A DNA stretch of 64,000 bases from Eledone cirrhosa (lineage: Eukaryota): positions 181,722,001 through 181,786,000 of the forward strand of contig OZ024742.1 of NCBI GenBank assembly GCA_964016885.1, read 5' to 3'. Both the position numbers and the translations under genes were made by a program. Shown piece after piece: positions 12,076-25,269 of the stretch; position 1 is the first letter of the stretch, and each line of letters opens with the position of its first letter. The notes beneath the pieces are model-generated. The model saw only the letters and a program-made list of their open reading frames with translations, had not been told where the DNA came from and did not search any database.

Positions 12076-12279
12076 GGGTATCAAAAAATAAATATGGTAT
12101 TTATAGGTCTCTACAAGTGGTAGGAGAGGGTGGGGAGTGGGATGGGTGTAGGTCATTGGTTGATAGAAAAGGGAATTCATTAAAAGCTAATTCTACAAAG
12201 CTATAGTTTATTTTTATAAATTTTTGTTTTTAGAGTAACAAAGCCAGACAGGATTCTATAAATAATATATATATATATA

Positions 12280-12348
<69 letters not shown>

Positions 12349-12376
12349 TATATATATATATATATATATATATTTA

Positions 12377-12420
<44 letters not shown>

Positions 12421-12482
12421 TATATAAATAATATATATATATATATGCAGAGGTTATATTTAATTTGTTGGGATTCAACAAG

Positions 12483-12533
<51 letters not shown>

Positions 12534-13004
12534 TTTATCTTTTAGATTCTCTCTCTGTCTCTCTCCCGCTCTCTAACTCTCCTATTCTCTCTTTAACCAA
12601 TCTCTCACACACTCTTCCTCTCCAACTCTCTATATCCCACTTATTCACTCCCCGACTCTCTCTCTGTGCCCTCTTCTCTTCTTCCTGTGTCGCCATCTGC
12701 TACTAATAATTTATCATAGTGTTTATGAAGTCGATGAAGTTTTATCATCAACGATATTATCTCGTTCTATTTTCTGGTAGAAACTCTGGAGATCATCTCA
12801 GCCAATCACCGTCTGTATGGTCACGAGATGTTCTCATATCTTTCTCCGATAACACGACAATAATACGATGACATCAGAACCGAAAGTTAAGACTTAAAAT
12901 ATCAACATATATTTAGCATTGTTTGGGGAAAAATAGTGGAGTTTAAATCAGAGATACAGGAGTAAAGAATAGAGTAAAATAAGATAAATAAAACAATAGT
13001 TTGT

Positions 13005-13645
13005 GAAGGCGTGTGGCCTAGTGGTAAAGGTGTTGGACTTAAGGGCATTATGTTATGGGTTCGATTCCTGGACTGGGTTGTGTGTTGTATTCTTGAGCAA
13101 AATATTTCATCAAGTTGTTCCAGAAAACTCATCTAAAAATGAGTACCATCCATAGCTGGGAGTTTAAACCTGCGATGGACTGGCGTCCTGTCCAGGGGAA
13201 GCTTTGTACTCTCAGGCAATTCACACCACGGAAACTGGAATAAGCATGGGCCTGATGAGCCATCGGGCTCGAAAAATATTTTAGACTTAGTAAACAATAG
13301 ACTATACTTCTACCCTATATTTCACGATAGGGTTAGTTTGTTTTATCTTGTTTTTGTTATTGTTGTAACATCGGTTACAATGAAGAGTGTTCCAGTTGTT
13401 TGAACAATGAAACATGCTGCTTGTGAAATTAACGTGCAAATGTCTGAGCATTCTACATGCATGCACGACGCAGTGTATGATATGGTTGGCACTTTGAATT
13501 ACAGGCACAACTAATGTTTTCTTGCTGAGTAGCTAGGAGCAACGTGAAATAAAGTGTCTTACTCAAGATCACAATGCTCCACCCGGTCCCCTGTCCAGAA
13601 ATCAAACTCACGACATTAAGATCGTGAACCTACTATCTTAACCAC
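13005..13645. mobile_element. tRNA-derived SINE copies, family 2 (CORE-like)
   Basis: A box tggcctagtgg, B box ggttcgattcc, shared motif cttgagcaag..tttatttcacgttgctcc. Relatives near 14640-15000, 17140-17815, 46520-46705, 48383-48920, 51225-51445, 53265-53480. Confidence 0.7.
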
Positions 13646-14034
13646 CCGGTCACCTTCCCTCACGGGGTTAGGATCCCTTAAAATAAAAAAAATAAAAAAA
13701 TAGATAAACAGGTTGTGATGTTGAGATATTTACAATCCCCAATCAAGACAGAAATAAAACAGTCTTTCTCACGAGAGGGGCCTGTATTTATTACATTCTG
13801 GGTGATTGCGGGTGATGTAATTAGGCAAGATGAATTAAGATCATGAAATATGATAGATTCAAGGAAGTGAAAGAAAAAGAAAAAAATTATTTTTGTATTT
13901 GACAAAGAAATATATGCATGGACTCGTAACTCCTAATAGAATCGTGGGGCATCTTGGATATTTTAAACCTGGAGAAACACCTCAACATGTCTGAACATAT
14001 CCGATTTCTTCTTCTTCGAGAGAGAGAGAGGAAG

Positions 14035-14115
<81 letters not shown>

Positions 14116-15650
14116 TGTGTGTGTGTGTGTGTGTGTGCATGTGTGTATATGTATGTATGTGTGTGTGTGAAAGAGAAAGAGATATGGAGAAACAATCGAC
14201 CCTAGTATTGAACTGGTCCATTTTTTATCGCCCTCGAAATGGTGAAAGGCAAAATTGATCCCAAGTGTTGTTTGAACAAAATGAGTGCAAAAAAAAAAAA
14301 AAAAAAAAAAAACCGGGAACGAATACCGCAAAATATTCTACCCGACGTTCTCACACCTCTGCCAATTCACCACCTTTACCAAAAATAAAAGTTAAAATAA
14401 AGTGAAACGTTCAGAAATAGAATAATATTCAATCTAGTTTAGTGTTATTAATTGTGAAAAGCTTATCGTATAGAATCATATTGATTTCTAGTATAGGCTC
14501 AAGGCCAGTAATAGAGGTGGGGGGTTGATTAAATCGACCCTCAGTAGGTTACTGGTGCTTTATTTCATCGACCCCGTAAGGATGAAAGGCAAGTTAACCT
14601 CGGCGGGATTTGAACTCAGACCGTAAAGGACCGTTATTCCAGTTGTTTGATCAACGGAGCAGCCTGCACATGAAATGAATGCATAAATGGTTGAGCATCC
14701 CTCGGTCACGTGTACTCTTAACGTAATTCTCAGGGAGAGTCACCATGACAGTGAATTAGTGTTACAATCTATCTGACAAGTTTCCTGCCAGTTTCCGACT
14801 ACCATGGCTTGGGTCGACTCGAGATTATGGTTAATGACACTCACCCAAGAATTATACGTCTCGAAGCTATGATAAATGACACTTGCCCAAGATGCTACGA
14901 CTTTAGGCTATGGTAAATGATACTTGCCCAATATGCCATGCAGTGGGATCGCACGCGTCACCTGATGATTGAGAAACGAGCTCTTAACCATTCGGCCATG
15001 CTACCTCCAGCCATTCAGTAGTCTTGAATAGGTAGGAGGGATTCTATCATTCCATGTGATATTTTCTTAGTGGTCCAGGGAAGCTGAGGTTGTCTTTTGT
15101 AGCTAGGATAGTAGATCCAAGTCGTTTAATGTGATGAGTGTATTACTGTTGTTCGACGGTAAAATACTATATATTTACTTATTTAAATGAATTTAGACGT
15201 TCATGTACGTAATGTAAGCTATGAGAGACTAAGAAAGGACCTCTCCTAGACCCAGAAACAAAAGCATAACGAGGAGAGAGAGAGAGTGAGTGAGAGAGAG
15301 AGATATATGGGGGGGGGGATAGAGAGGGGGAGAATGAAAAAGAAGAGAGAGAGAGAGAGCGCGTGAAAGGCACAAGAAACATAAGGAAAGATGAAAAAAG
15401 AACATATATTGAGCAGTTAACTGTTTAGGCTGATGACTCCTATCGTTCCCTTCCATGTATTGGAAGACTTTATAGTTGATAAGTTCTCAACAATATATTA
15501 TATCTCCAGCTTCGGTTGAATATTTTAAAGACCTGTTTTAATACGATATCTACCTATCTCAAACTGGTAATATATTACAACTCCTATATCGATAGTTGTT
15601 TTTTAGAAATCAGTTGTAAAATATTATCTCTTTCAGACAGGTAATTTTTA

Positions 15651-15838
15651 TAATTGTTTCTACTTTAGGCACAAGGCCAGCAATTACCCAGTGCATTACT
15701 GGTACTTTGTTTTATCGACCCCGTAAGGATGAAAGGCAAAGTCAACCTCGGCGGGATTTGAACTCAGATCATAAAGGGACGTAACTATGCTGGAAAGCAT
15801 GGCGTCCGACCCTCTACCGATACTGCCAATCCACGCCC
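15651..15838 (-). mobile_element. tRNA-derived SINE, family 1 (Meta-domain-like core) with 16-bp TSD
   Basis: A box tggcagtatcgg, B box gagttcaaatcc, core ctttcatccttacggggtcgataaa..agtaccag. TSD aggtaatttttataat at 15639-15654 and 15842-15857. Other copies at 14196-14635, 16035-16433, 25036-25190. Confidence 0.88.
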
Positions 15839-15866
15839 TTAAGGTAATTTTTATAATGATATAAAT

Positions 15867-16010
15867 TAGACATGGCAAAACGGCGATCCGCGACCCGTTT
15901 AGATTTCTGAATGGTACGCCCAATATCAAAATTGCCCTGAATCTTTTAGTAGTGCGGCCCGCCTTATGATGAGCCACATCCTGGTGATCGAAAAAGGTTG
16001 CTCATGCCTG
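15867..16010. mobile_element. hAT-type MITE
   Basis: Imperfect TIRs tagacatggcaaa / aggttgctcatgcctg; 8-bp TSD atataaat (15859-15866) / gtataaat (16011-16018). Confidence 0.7.
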
Positions 16011-18812
16011 GTATAAATAAATGTTCCTGCCTGATTTAGGCACAAGGCCAACAATTTGTGTGTCTGTATGTGTGAGGCGCGGGGGGGGGGGTTTAAGTCG
16101 ATTAAAACGACCCCGTTAGGATGGAAGGCAAAGCTATCCTCGGCGGGATTTGAACTTAGAACGTAAAGGAGCGTAACTCTATGCCACGAATCTTGGTGTC
16201 CGACGATCTACCGATATTGCCAATCCACCACGCTCTGTGCCTGGTATATATAATTGTTTCTACTTTTGGCATAAGCCCAACAATTACCCCCAGTGCATTA
16301 CTGGTACTTTATTTCATCGACCCCGTAAGGATGAAAGGCAATGTTTATCTCGGTGGGATTTGAACTCAGACCGCAAAAGGTCGTAACTCCATGCTGCAAA
16401 GCATGGCGTCCATCCCTCTACCGATACTGCCAATGCCATCAAGTTGTATATGGTATTTAGTCCACCATGCTAAGATTCCAGGTGAATTATAGGCTTGTCT
16501 CTAGTAAATGGGCCCTTAAATCCTGATGGGATCGTAGGTGTGCCGTTCTGATACATGACATGTCTTTCGAATTTTAAACATGGCGGAGCCCATTTCTCAC
16601 CAGGAAATATTTACCGTATATATATTGTATAAATCTGAACACATATTTATGTTTAACCGTCTATTTAGCCATACACGATACACGTTAATATGCACCTGTC
16701 CGCTCGCATAATCATAAATAGGCATAGGAAAATGCAGAAGCATATGCATATATACGTCTTTATGTATATTTATATATAACTATATATCTATTTAAACACA
16801 TAGACGCCCACAGTCCTGTATATTCATATCAATGTATGTTTATACACATATAGACGTGTGCAGTTTTCACCTTGACCTAAATTTCCTTTGACCGACACCA
16901 TCGTAATTCGTAATTTCAGTTGGCATAATACCAGTCCATGAGAAATACAAATAGAACTTCATTCTATCATTTAAAATATGATGTAAAAGTGAGAATTTAT
17001 ACAGAAACACAGTTAGATTTTGGTGTTTCGCCAGAATCGGATATAATGTAATAACTGCGTATAACTGGCTACATGTCACATAAACTCTGTGAAGATAATA
17101 GTCATCCATATTTGGAAAATGTATAGATGTCACATATAGTTTGGGGACACAGTTCGGCCGAATGGTCAAGGAGATCGCATCGCAATCATTTAGTTCGTGG
17201 GTTCTATCCCACTTTGTGGCATCTCGAGCAAGTGTCTTTTACTATAGTTTCAGCCGAGTGGAATTGGGTTGATGGAAATTGTTTGGAAGCCTGTCGGATG
17301 GATTATATCTGTATTTCAAAGCGCCAACATTGTCACTCATTGTGTCACGCTGGATCTCCCAGAGAATTATGTTTAGGGTACATATCTATGGAATGGTCAG
17401 CGACTTAAACGTTAATTTCATGAGTCGTCGGTTCCGTTGATTGAACAACTGGAATTCGTATAGTATAAACTGACGGAGATCCATTTCATTCGGTTAGCCA
17501 TTCATAGTTATTGTAGAACTGACTAAAAAGGTAAAGGTAAAGACCCACTTCAGTCACGAATGACCATGAGATTTGCAGCTAGAAAGTTACCCTCCAAGGC
17601 ACAAGTCTGGGTAAGGTTGTTTGTGGAAGACCAGCAGTCACCCATGCACACAAGCCTCCTCTCTCCACGTCACCGATGTTGTTCAAGGGAAAGGCAGTGG
17701 CCGATACAGCTTGGCACCAGTGACGTCACAACTCATTTCTACAGCTGAGTGAACTGGAGCAACGTGAAATAAAGTATCTTGCTCAAGAACACAATGCTCT
17801 AACCATTAAGCCATGGTTATAGGTATGATATACATATAATTTGTCGAAGTAAGAATCATCAAAGTTTTATTACGTAGACATCATAAGTGTGTCGATTAGC
17901 AGGATCGTTAAAGAAAATGATTTGCGTTATTTGTTCCGGCACTTTATGTTGTAAGTTTAAATCTCGGCGAGTCAACTTTGCCTATTAATCTTCCAGAATC
18001 GATAAAATAAAAGTACCAGTCAAGGGATCAATCTAACACTTTCATTGCCATGTTTCTAATGGAATACAGTGCATATGTGTTTCAATTAATTTTGAAAATA
18101 ACAAATTTGTTCTATATTTCATCTGCCTGTCATTCACCTTATAGATTGTCTCTCTGTTGACCACTGGCCGCTGGTCTCTGACCTCTAAGGCATTTTTGCC
18201 CATCGTTGTCTTTGATAGTATTTAGCTGTTTTAACGGCTTTTCTAGAAATGAGTTTTTTCATGTTTATATGTATTCAAATACGTTCTCGCTTCGTCTCGA
18301 TCAGAGACAACATTGCTTTTTCATTTAAATTTGGAAGATAAAATAGCTAACCTTTTCATTAGTAAGCTGATATTTAGAACATTACTCAACGATAATTTCT
18401 TAAATAAACTTTTATGTTTTAATATAAAAATGAATATTTTAAATATCTGTATTATAAACCCAGGGTTAATTTGGTAACACAAGGGTTCATCTAGTTTCCT
18501 CTCCCTCTAAATTGCTGGCAGTGTGCCTAAATTAGAAGCCATTATTAGACAGAGGCCGGTGATAGATTTCAAATGTGTCTCTTAATGTTCTGAATTCATA
18601 TCCCGCTAGATGTAGCATTTAATTATTCATTTATCTTAGTGATCAATAAAATACCTACGTGTCATATGTCTAAGACGCTGTGAAACAGTTGAATTTGTCA
18701 AAGATCGTGATACGTCAAACTTAATATTTATATTCCAAATTTTAAATGGCAGGATCAAAAGAAAATTAATCGATAATTTTCGTCTCATTTGCACACACAC
18801 ACACACACACAT

Positions 18813-18848
<36 letters not shown>

Positions 18849-19203
18849 TGCTAATCCTCCGTTACAAATATACATTGGTAAGCACTCCGAGTATTTTGAT
18901 CACATCTGTCTTCGATACATTTTGTTGAGTGAGTAACAGAGAGCAGCTAAGACTATTGAAATCCGTTTCCTATGGTCTTAGAATATATACATACATACAT
19001 ATACATATATATGTGTGTGTGTGTATTCTAAGACGATAGGAAACGGATTTCAATAGGCTTAACTGCTCTGTTATACATATATATTTTACGAAAGTCACTG
19101 AAGTTATTTTAGCGACCCTCTCGCTCAATGAGACAATAAGCTTGCGTTTGTGAAACTGCATCTAAGGGTGCACACATGATAGTTATTCAGTGAAAACAGT
19201 GGC

Positions 19204-19296
<93 letters not shown>

Positions 19297-19362
19297 CATA
19301 TATGTGTATGTATAAAATTATGAGTTTGAAGAATAGTCAGACAAAATTTATCCAATTATATG

Positions 19363-19387
<25 letters not shown>

Positions 19388-19402
<15 letters not shown>

Positions 19403-21070
19403 TATATACAAATACGACGTCAAATGTAATTTCGTTGAATGCTCCTAATACTAATCTAAATCAGGAAACATTAGCACCTCTTGTAGGTAATTTTTCCAAT
19501 ACAATTCCTTCTATAAATAACTCTGGGCCACTTGCAAATAACTCTGTTAATAACATTAATTCGTAAATGCAATTGCCTTAATAGAACTAAATGTCCTCTT
19601 AATAATCACTGTCTCGATAAGAATTTAGTATACGAATGTAAGGTGATAACTAGCACCAATTCTTATACCTACTTTGGCTCTACTTCTACTTCCTTTAAGG
19701 CGAGATTATAGAACCATTCTTCATCTTTTCCCATTATCTCTAATTTTAATTCTATAATAAATAGACGCCCAGATTTATTTTCACTTTGCATCCATAAATC
19801 GCCTAGGTCATTTCACAAAGTATACAGCTAAAAAGAACAAACACTGCTCTCTCAGAACTCATCTGGTCCTTAAAAGACAAACACATTAAGTACAAAATTT
19901 CTTGGAGAAAAATGTGCAACGCTTCTCCTTATTTATATGCTTCCCTATCCAGAACTTGTAATTTATGCTTAGCGGAAAAATTTACCATTATCTCTAATTT
20001 TAATTCTATAATAAATAGACGCACAGATTTTTTTTCGCTTTGCATCCATAAACCGCTTAGGTCATTTCACAAAGTATACAGATAATATCTTACTCCATAA
20101 TTAAGATTAAAATCTTTTTCTCACACAAATATATTTTTTTTACACATATACCCCTTTTTCTACCATATTTCAGTGCATTCTACAAAGTTCATTCATACTA
20201 TAACATTTTTGGTCCCCTATTTATTTAATTTTTTAATTTCTTTTAATAATTTTTTGTAATTTTTTAACCTTTTAATTTACTATAGCAAATTCCTTTATCT
20301 TCTTGGCGATACAAAATAGTTCATCTTTATATCATTTTTTTCTCAACATTACTTTTTAAGTAGCTATATTTCCCAATTTTTTTTTTACTTCAAATCTACT
20401 AATATTAGCATTAGGTGAATTTTGTAAACAAATTTTTGACGTAATATTTTTTTCTTCCTCGTATTTTTTCTTTTTTATCTCTTTCCATGCTGGTATTAAC
20501 TTAAATAATTACTTTTTCTATTACAATCTATTGAAACAAACTAGGACCCTATATCGTCTTCTAAGCTTATAAATCATTTAATTTTATTTTCATTCACCTT
20601 ATCTTATTTCACTTTATTTTATCTTAATAATACTTTTTTAATAAATTTTTGCACTTCTTAATAAATCTTTGACTATTTAAACCATAAATAAATAGTATAC
20701 TTAATTTCTATATCTGTAATTATAAGCATCATCATCCATAAACCTCATTAACTTTTAAATTTTAAATCTTATTAATTTATTTAATTTATTTATAAATTTA
20801 CAACCGTTTTTTCAGTTATTTCTCTGTGGAGACAGCGTTTCTCAGTTTAAATGTTTATCTCTCTCTCTTTCTCTCTCCTTCCTCCTTCTTATATTCTTAC
20901 TCCGTTATCCTTTCCTTCTTTTTTCTTTTTTCTTTTTTCTTTTTTCGTTTCTTCCTCTTCCTTACTTTTCTCCCCTTCCTTTCCTTTTTTCCAATCTCCT
21001 ATATCCTTTTAAATTTATTTATCATATGTTGTTTAGACACTACCTTGCTCACAAGTGTTTTTTTTAAGCT
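19388..21070 (+). mobile_element. 5'-truncated, degraded relative of the Naiad-type PLE (GIY-YIG part + 3' UTR)
   Basis: Translates to CNCLNRTKCPLNNHCLDKNLVYECKVITSTNSYTYFGSTSTSFKARL and CNLCLAEKFTIISN; homologous to 9180-9752; begins in (TA)n. Confidence 0.88.
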
Positions 21071-21072
21071 TC

Positions 21073-21142
<70 letters not shown>

Positions 21143-21162
21143 GCGCGCGTGAAAAAAAACTA

Positions 21163-21312
21163 AACATTCCGAATTAGATGGATACTACGAGAACACATAG
21201 AGTAGTGCCTTTCATTTCCTACTATTTGCTTGCGGGTTTCAGTTGCGTAAGTAGAAGGAAACACAAGGCGCTACTCTATGTCCTCACAGTGTCCATCTAA
21301 CTCGGAATGGTT
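21163..21312. mobile_element. 150-bp imperfect palindromic MITE-like element
   Basis: aacattccgaattagatggatact..catagagtagtgcctt pairs with aaggcgctactctatg..agtgtccatctaactcggaatggtt. Confidence 0.65.
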
Positions 21313-22118
21313 AGGTCATATCCATTGTCCTACATGATGGATCATTTACATGGCATCATTGTGATTCAATGTTTAAGGTTAGGTTTATTAAATTTCACCA
21401 CTGATCACATCCGACCCCCTGCTGCTAATGTCTTTGAAACAAGAAATTGATGTAAACGAATCAGATGTAAATATTTTAATGAAAAGCGAATTATTTTCAT
21501 TCTTTTCATTGTTGTTCATTCTTGTATTTACTGTAGTTTTACTATATATTAGTTCGTTTTATTTATAATTTTTGTTTTATTAACCTTCAAAGAGATGCTT
21601 TCGTTGTATTGGTTGAAGTTTCGAGAAAAAAATGTCTCTAAATATACATTTTTAACTATTTCTGTGGTAACGAATGAGGTTCTGGTGCGAATTAGATTAG
21701 GTAGCGAATGGTCCATGGTTGGTGATTGTGGTGGTGGTTGGTGGTTGGTTGTTGTGGTAGTGGTTGGTGATTGTAGTGGTGGTTGGTGGTTGTGGTTGGT
21801 GGTTGTGGTTGGAGGTTGTAGTGGTGGCGATAATGGTGGCTGGTGGTGTGGTGGTGAGGGCTGTGGTGGTGGTTGATGGCTGTGGTGGTGGCCGTGGTGG
21901 TTGTTGGTGATTGTGGTGCTGGTTGCGGTGATGGTTGGTGGTGGTCGCGACATTGGTGGTTGCTGGCGGAGGTAGTAGTTGGGTGTGTGTACATATATGT
22001 GTGCATGTATGTGTGTATGTGCATATGTATGAGTGTATGTGTATGCGCGAATTTGTGTGTATGTTTCCATGTGTATATCTGTATATGTGTACCGGCGTAC
22101 GTGTGAATGTGTACCGGT

Positions 22119-22195
<77 letters not shown>

Positions 22196-22517
22196 TTTGC
22201 ATGTAACACAAAGACAGAGAGAAATAAATGTATGAAAAATTGTAGAGGATGGGGTAGGAAGGGGAGGTAGGACGGGTGAGGTAAAGAGGGAGGGAGATAG
22301 TGAGATAAAGAGCGAGGGAGTTGGCGGGATTATATTAAAAGTGAAGAGGGTTGATAAGGGTCTGAAACTGAGTGTTTACGGGTGGGTTCCTACGTCCGCA
22401 GACTACATGTACAGTTAACACACACACACACGCCTACATATACACACACATAGATAATTAATAGAAACCATTAATACACATACATATATACCTGACGCAA
22501 TAAAAAACGAAACACCC

Positions 22518-22553
<36 letters not shown>

Positions 22554-22584
22554 ACAGGTACAAACACACACATATATGTATGTA

Positions 22585-22672
<88 letters not shown>

Positions 22673-22673
<1 letters not shown>

Positions 22674-22868
22674 GGGAAAAGGTTAAGGACCCCGACGGCA
22701 GAGCTCAAGCCGTTTCGACGGCTATTTCAGTCCAGAATAGCCGTCGAAACGGCTTGAGCTCTGCCGTCGGGGTTAAACATTTTCCTATTACCCACTCTAC
22801 TACCCTAAGTATTGAGTACTCTGCTGCGTTATGGCCCATCTGGTTCCTAACTACACCTCCTTCGTTAC

Positions 22869-22900
<32 letters not shown>

Positions 22901-22964
22901 TCTGGAGTCCAGAAATAGCCGTCGAAACGGCTTGAGCTCTGCCGTCGGAGTCCTGAACCTTTTC

Positions 22965-22967
<3 letters not shown>
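22673..22967 (+). mobile_element. Fold-back hammerhead element, family C, plus adjacent half copy
   Basis: Palindrome 22673-22787 centred on gacggctatt..aatagccgtc, followed by GAAA-cggc..gccg-TC-gggg; tail to 22867; half copy 22899-22967. Confidence 0.8.
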
Positions 22968-23016
<49 letters not shown>

Positions 23017-23336
23017 GAATGAAAGTATAGGTAAAATATCCAACGGGTTAAATCAAAATGTGAATACGTCTGCCCAAAGTCAAACAACGATTCTATGGGT
23101 TCTTTTCTAAAATAGACAAAACAACAGAAAGTTTAGATATTCCCTCTTCAATCATAGCTTCTAGATAAGTCCCCCAGGAACTAGGGGTTGTACTGATGGT
23201 TAACATGTTCTTTACTGTATCTTGTATGCATCTCCTTAGGCTGTGTAGGTTTACTTCTTTTCTTCTACACTACAATATGTGAAGCAATCAGCGAAGAGAA
23301 AAATCGAGTTATCTTCGTCCTCTCCTCCTCTCTGTC

Positions 23337-23368
<32 letters not shown>

Positions 23369-23421
23369 CCTACACACACACATACATGCACACACACGCG
23401 CGCGCGGACACACACATACAC

Positions 23422-23468
<47 letters not shown>

Positions 23469-23509
23469 CAATCTATATACGTAATTGTGTTATATGTGTA
23501 TATATATAT

Positions 23510-23870
23510 ATTGTTATACTTGGGGAGGGTCATATTTGTGTAATATTGCCAGAATTAATAACAGAACACACTCACTGTTTGGTTGGTTTTCGCTTCTGTG
23601 TCTTTTATATCGGTTAATTTAATTTATTCGGTCCTCAATGTTGCCATTGACTGACCAACGGTCAAAAACACAGATACAATATAGACACAAACACATATAT
23701 ATAGTTTATCAAAGTTCTTTCGTTGGACATCTGCAACATCGTGAGTGGTGCTATTGTTTCCTCCCTGTTATTAATTCTGGCAATATTACACAAATATGAC
23801 CCTCCCCAAGTATAACAATATTTGTTTCAACACACGATTTCATATAAAAAACCTCGCAAAACTAATATAA
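23510..23870. mobile_element. Fold-back element related to family B
   Basis: Arms 23511-23563 / 23765-23820; tail aatatttgtttcaacacacgatttca like 11549-11575; degenerate HHR core (cgaaagaactttga) on minus strand near 23709-23722. Confidence 0.65.
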
Positions 23871-23890
23871 ATATATATATATAATATATA

Positions 23891-24283
23891 TGGAAAGTTA
23901 TATTTAAATTGTTGGGTTAACAACGAGTAAATATTTATAACTGATATAAAAGCACTCAACAGGTATTTGGAGTATATTTATGATATTAAATAAATGGAAA
24001 CTATATTTATAAAACCATATTTATTTCATTATATATATTTCAGGGATATCATATTAAAAATATGTTATGCCTTCTTCAGACAAAATACAATATAAACAGT
24101 CTTATAAATCAACTTCCCAAATGCAAGTCGATTGAAAGGTATGTCGTATCTATTTATTTATATGACTGTTTATATTGTATTTTGTCTGAAGAAGGCGTAA
24201 CATATTGTTAATATGATATCCCTGAAATATATATAATGAAATAAATATGGTTTTATAAATATAGTTTCCATTTATTTAATATC

Positions 24284-24286
<3 letters not shown>
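23891..24286. mobile_element. Fold-back hammerhead element, family A
   Basis: Arms 23979-24109 / 24156-24286. HHR on + at 24180-24241 (CTGAAGA..GAAA-tatata-TA) and on - at 24024-24085. Tail 23891-23978. Confidence 0.85.
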
Positions 24287-24344
<58 letters not shown>

Positions 24345-24537
24345 CACGGCTTTCGCCTGACACCGTGTATTAAATATATGCGTTTACCTCTATGCTTACA
24401 TATCACGGGCTCATTCATTCGTAATACGAATTATTTCCAAGTACCTACATCTCTCTCTCTCTCCTCCTCTCTCTCTCTCTCTATTTATTTATCTACCTAC
24501 CTACCTACCTACCTACCTACCTATATACCTACCTACA

Positions 24538-24931
24538 TGGTGGCTGCCAACTCGTTTTCGAGTACGGCCACTACTTTATATCCATGTAGGAGAACCCCTA
24601 CCGATGCGCTAAACGAGTGTGACTTTTTAGTCCAGCCAGCGACTTGAAAACTCTGGTACAAACACTACACTTGTGACAATTACTGACACATAGTGCTGGG
24701 CCCATGGTACCATGTGACGACAAGTGCAGAGAGATCTCCAGATATAAAGCAATGCCTGTGCCGTGAAGCTTTTATAGTGAGCAAAGGCATTGCACAAAGC
24801 CACTCCCAAGATGATATTTACCAAAAAGAAGAACAAGTCAACATCATTGGATACCATCAGAGTTGCAGGTGTTATATCAGAGGTTTCCTTCTCCTAGAAT
24901 TCTGCCTTGACAAAGGCTAAGGGGTCATCTC
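24538..24931 (-). mobile_element. RTE-derived short element copy (5'-truncated)
   Basis: Reverse complement of ~5505-5909; flanked by (TACC)n and (TACA)n. Confidence 0.85.
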
Positions 24932-25269
24932 ATACATACATACAAGTTACATACATACATACATATCTATGTATGTATGTATATAGATATCTACCTATCT
25001 GTCTATTTATCTCAGCATATGTCGTTATCTTTACTAATTATCCAGTGCATTACTGGTACTTTATTTTATCGACTCCGTAAGAATGAAAGACAAAGTGAAC
25101 CTCGGCGGGATTTGAAGTCAGAATGGCAAGGACCGTAACTCTATGCGTCAAAGCATGGTATCCGACCCTATACCGATACTGCCAATCCACGACCCGGTGC
25201 AGATAATGACGGCTGTGATGACCGCTTAAAGAGATTTAGCACGGAAAGTTAACTTTTGTCAAAAATATC

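Noticed and set aside
16487-16635. Protein-like minus-strand frame FPGEKWAPPCLKFERHVMYQNGTPTIPSGFKGPFTRDKPIIHLES*
   Set aside because: An in-frame TAA lies between the nearest acceptor and this frame; no recognisable homology.
21700-21985. His/Pro/Thr-rich or Gly/Val-rich ORFs
   Set aside because: Degenerate (GGT)n low-complexity DNA, open in several frames on both strands.
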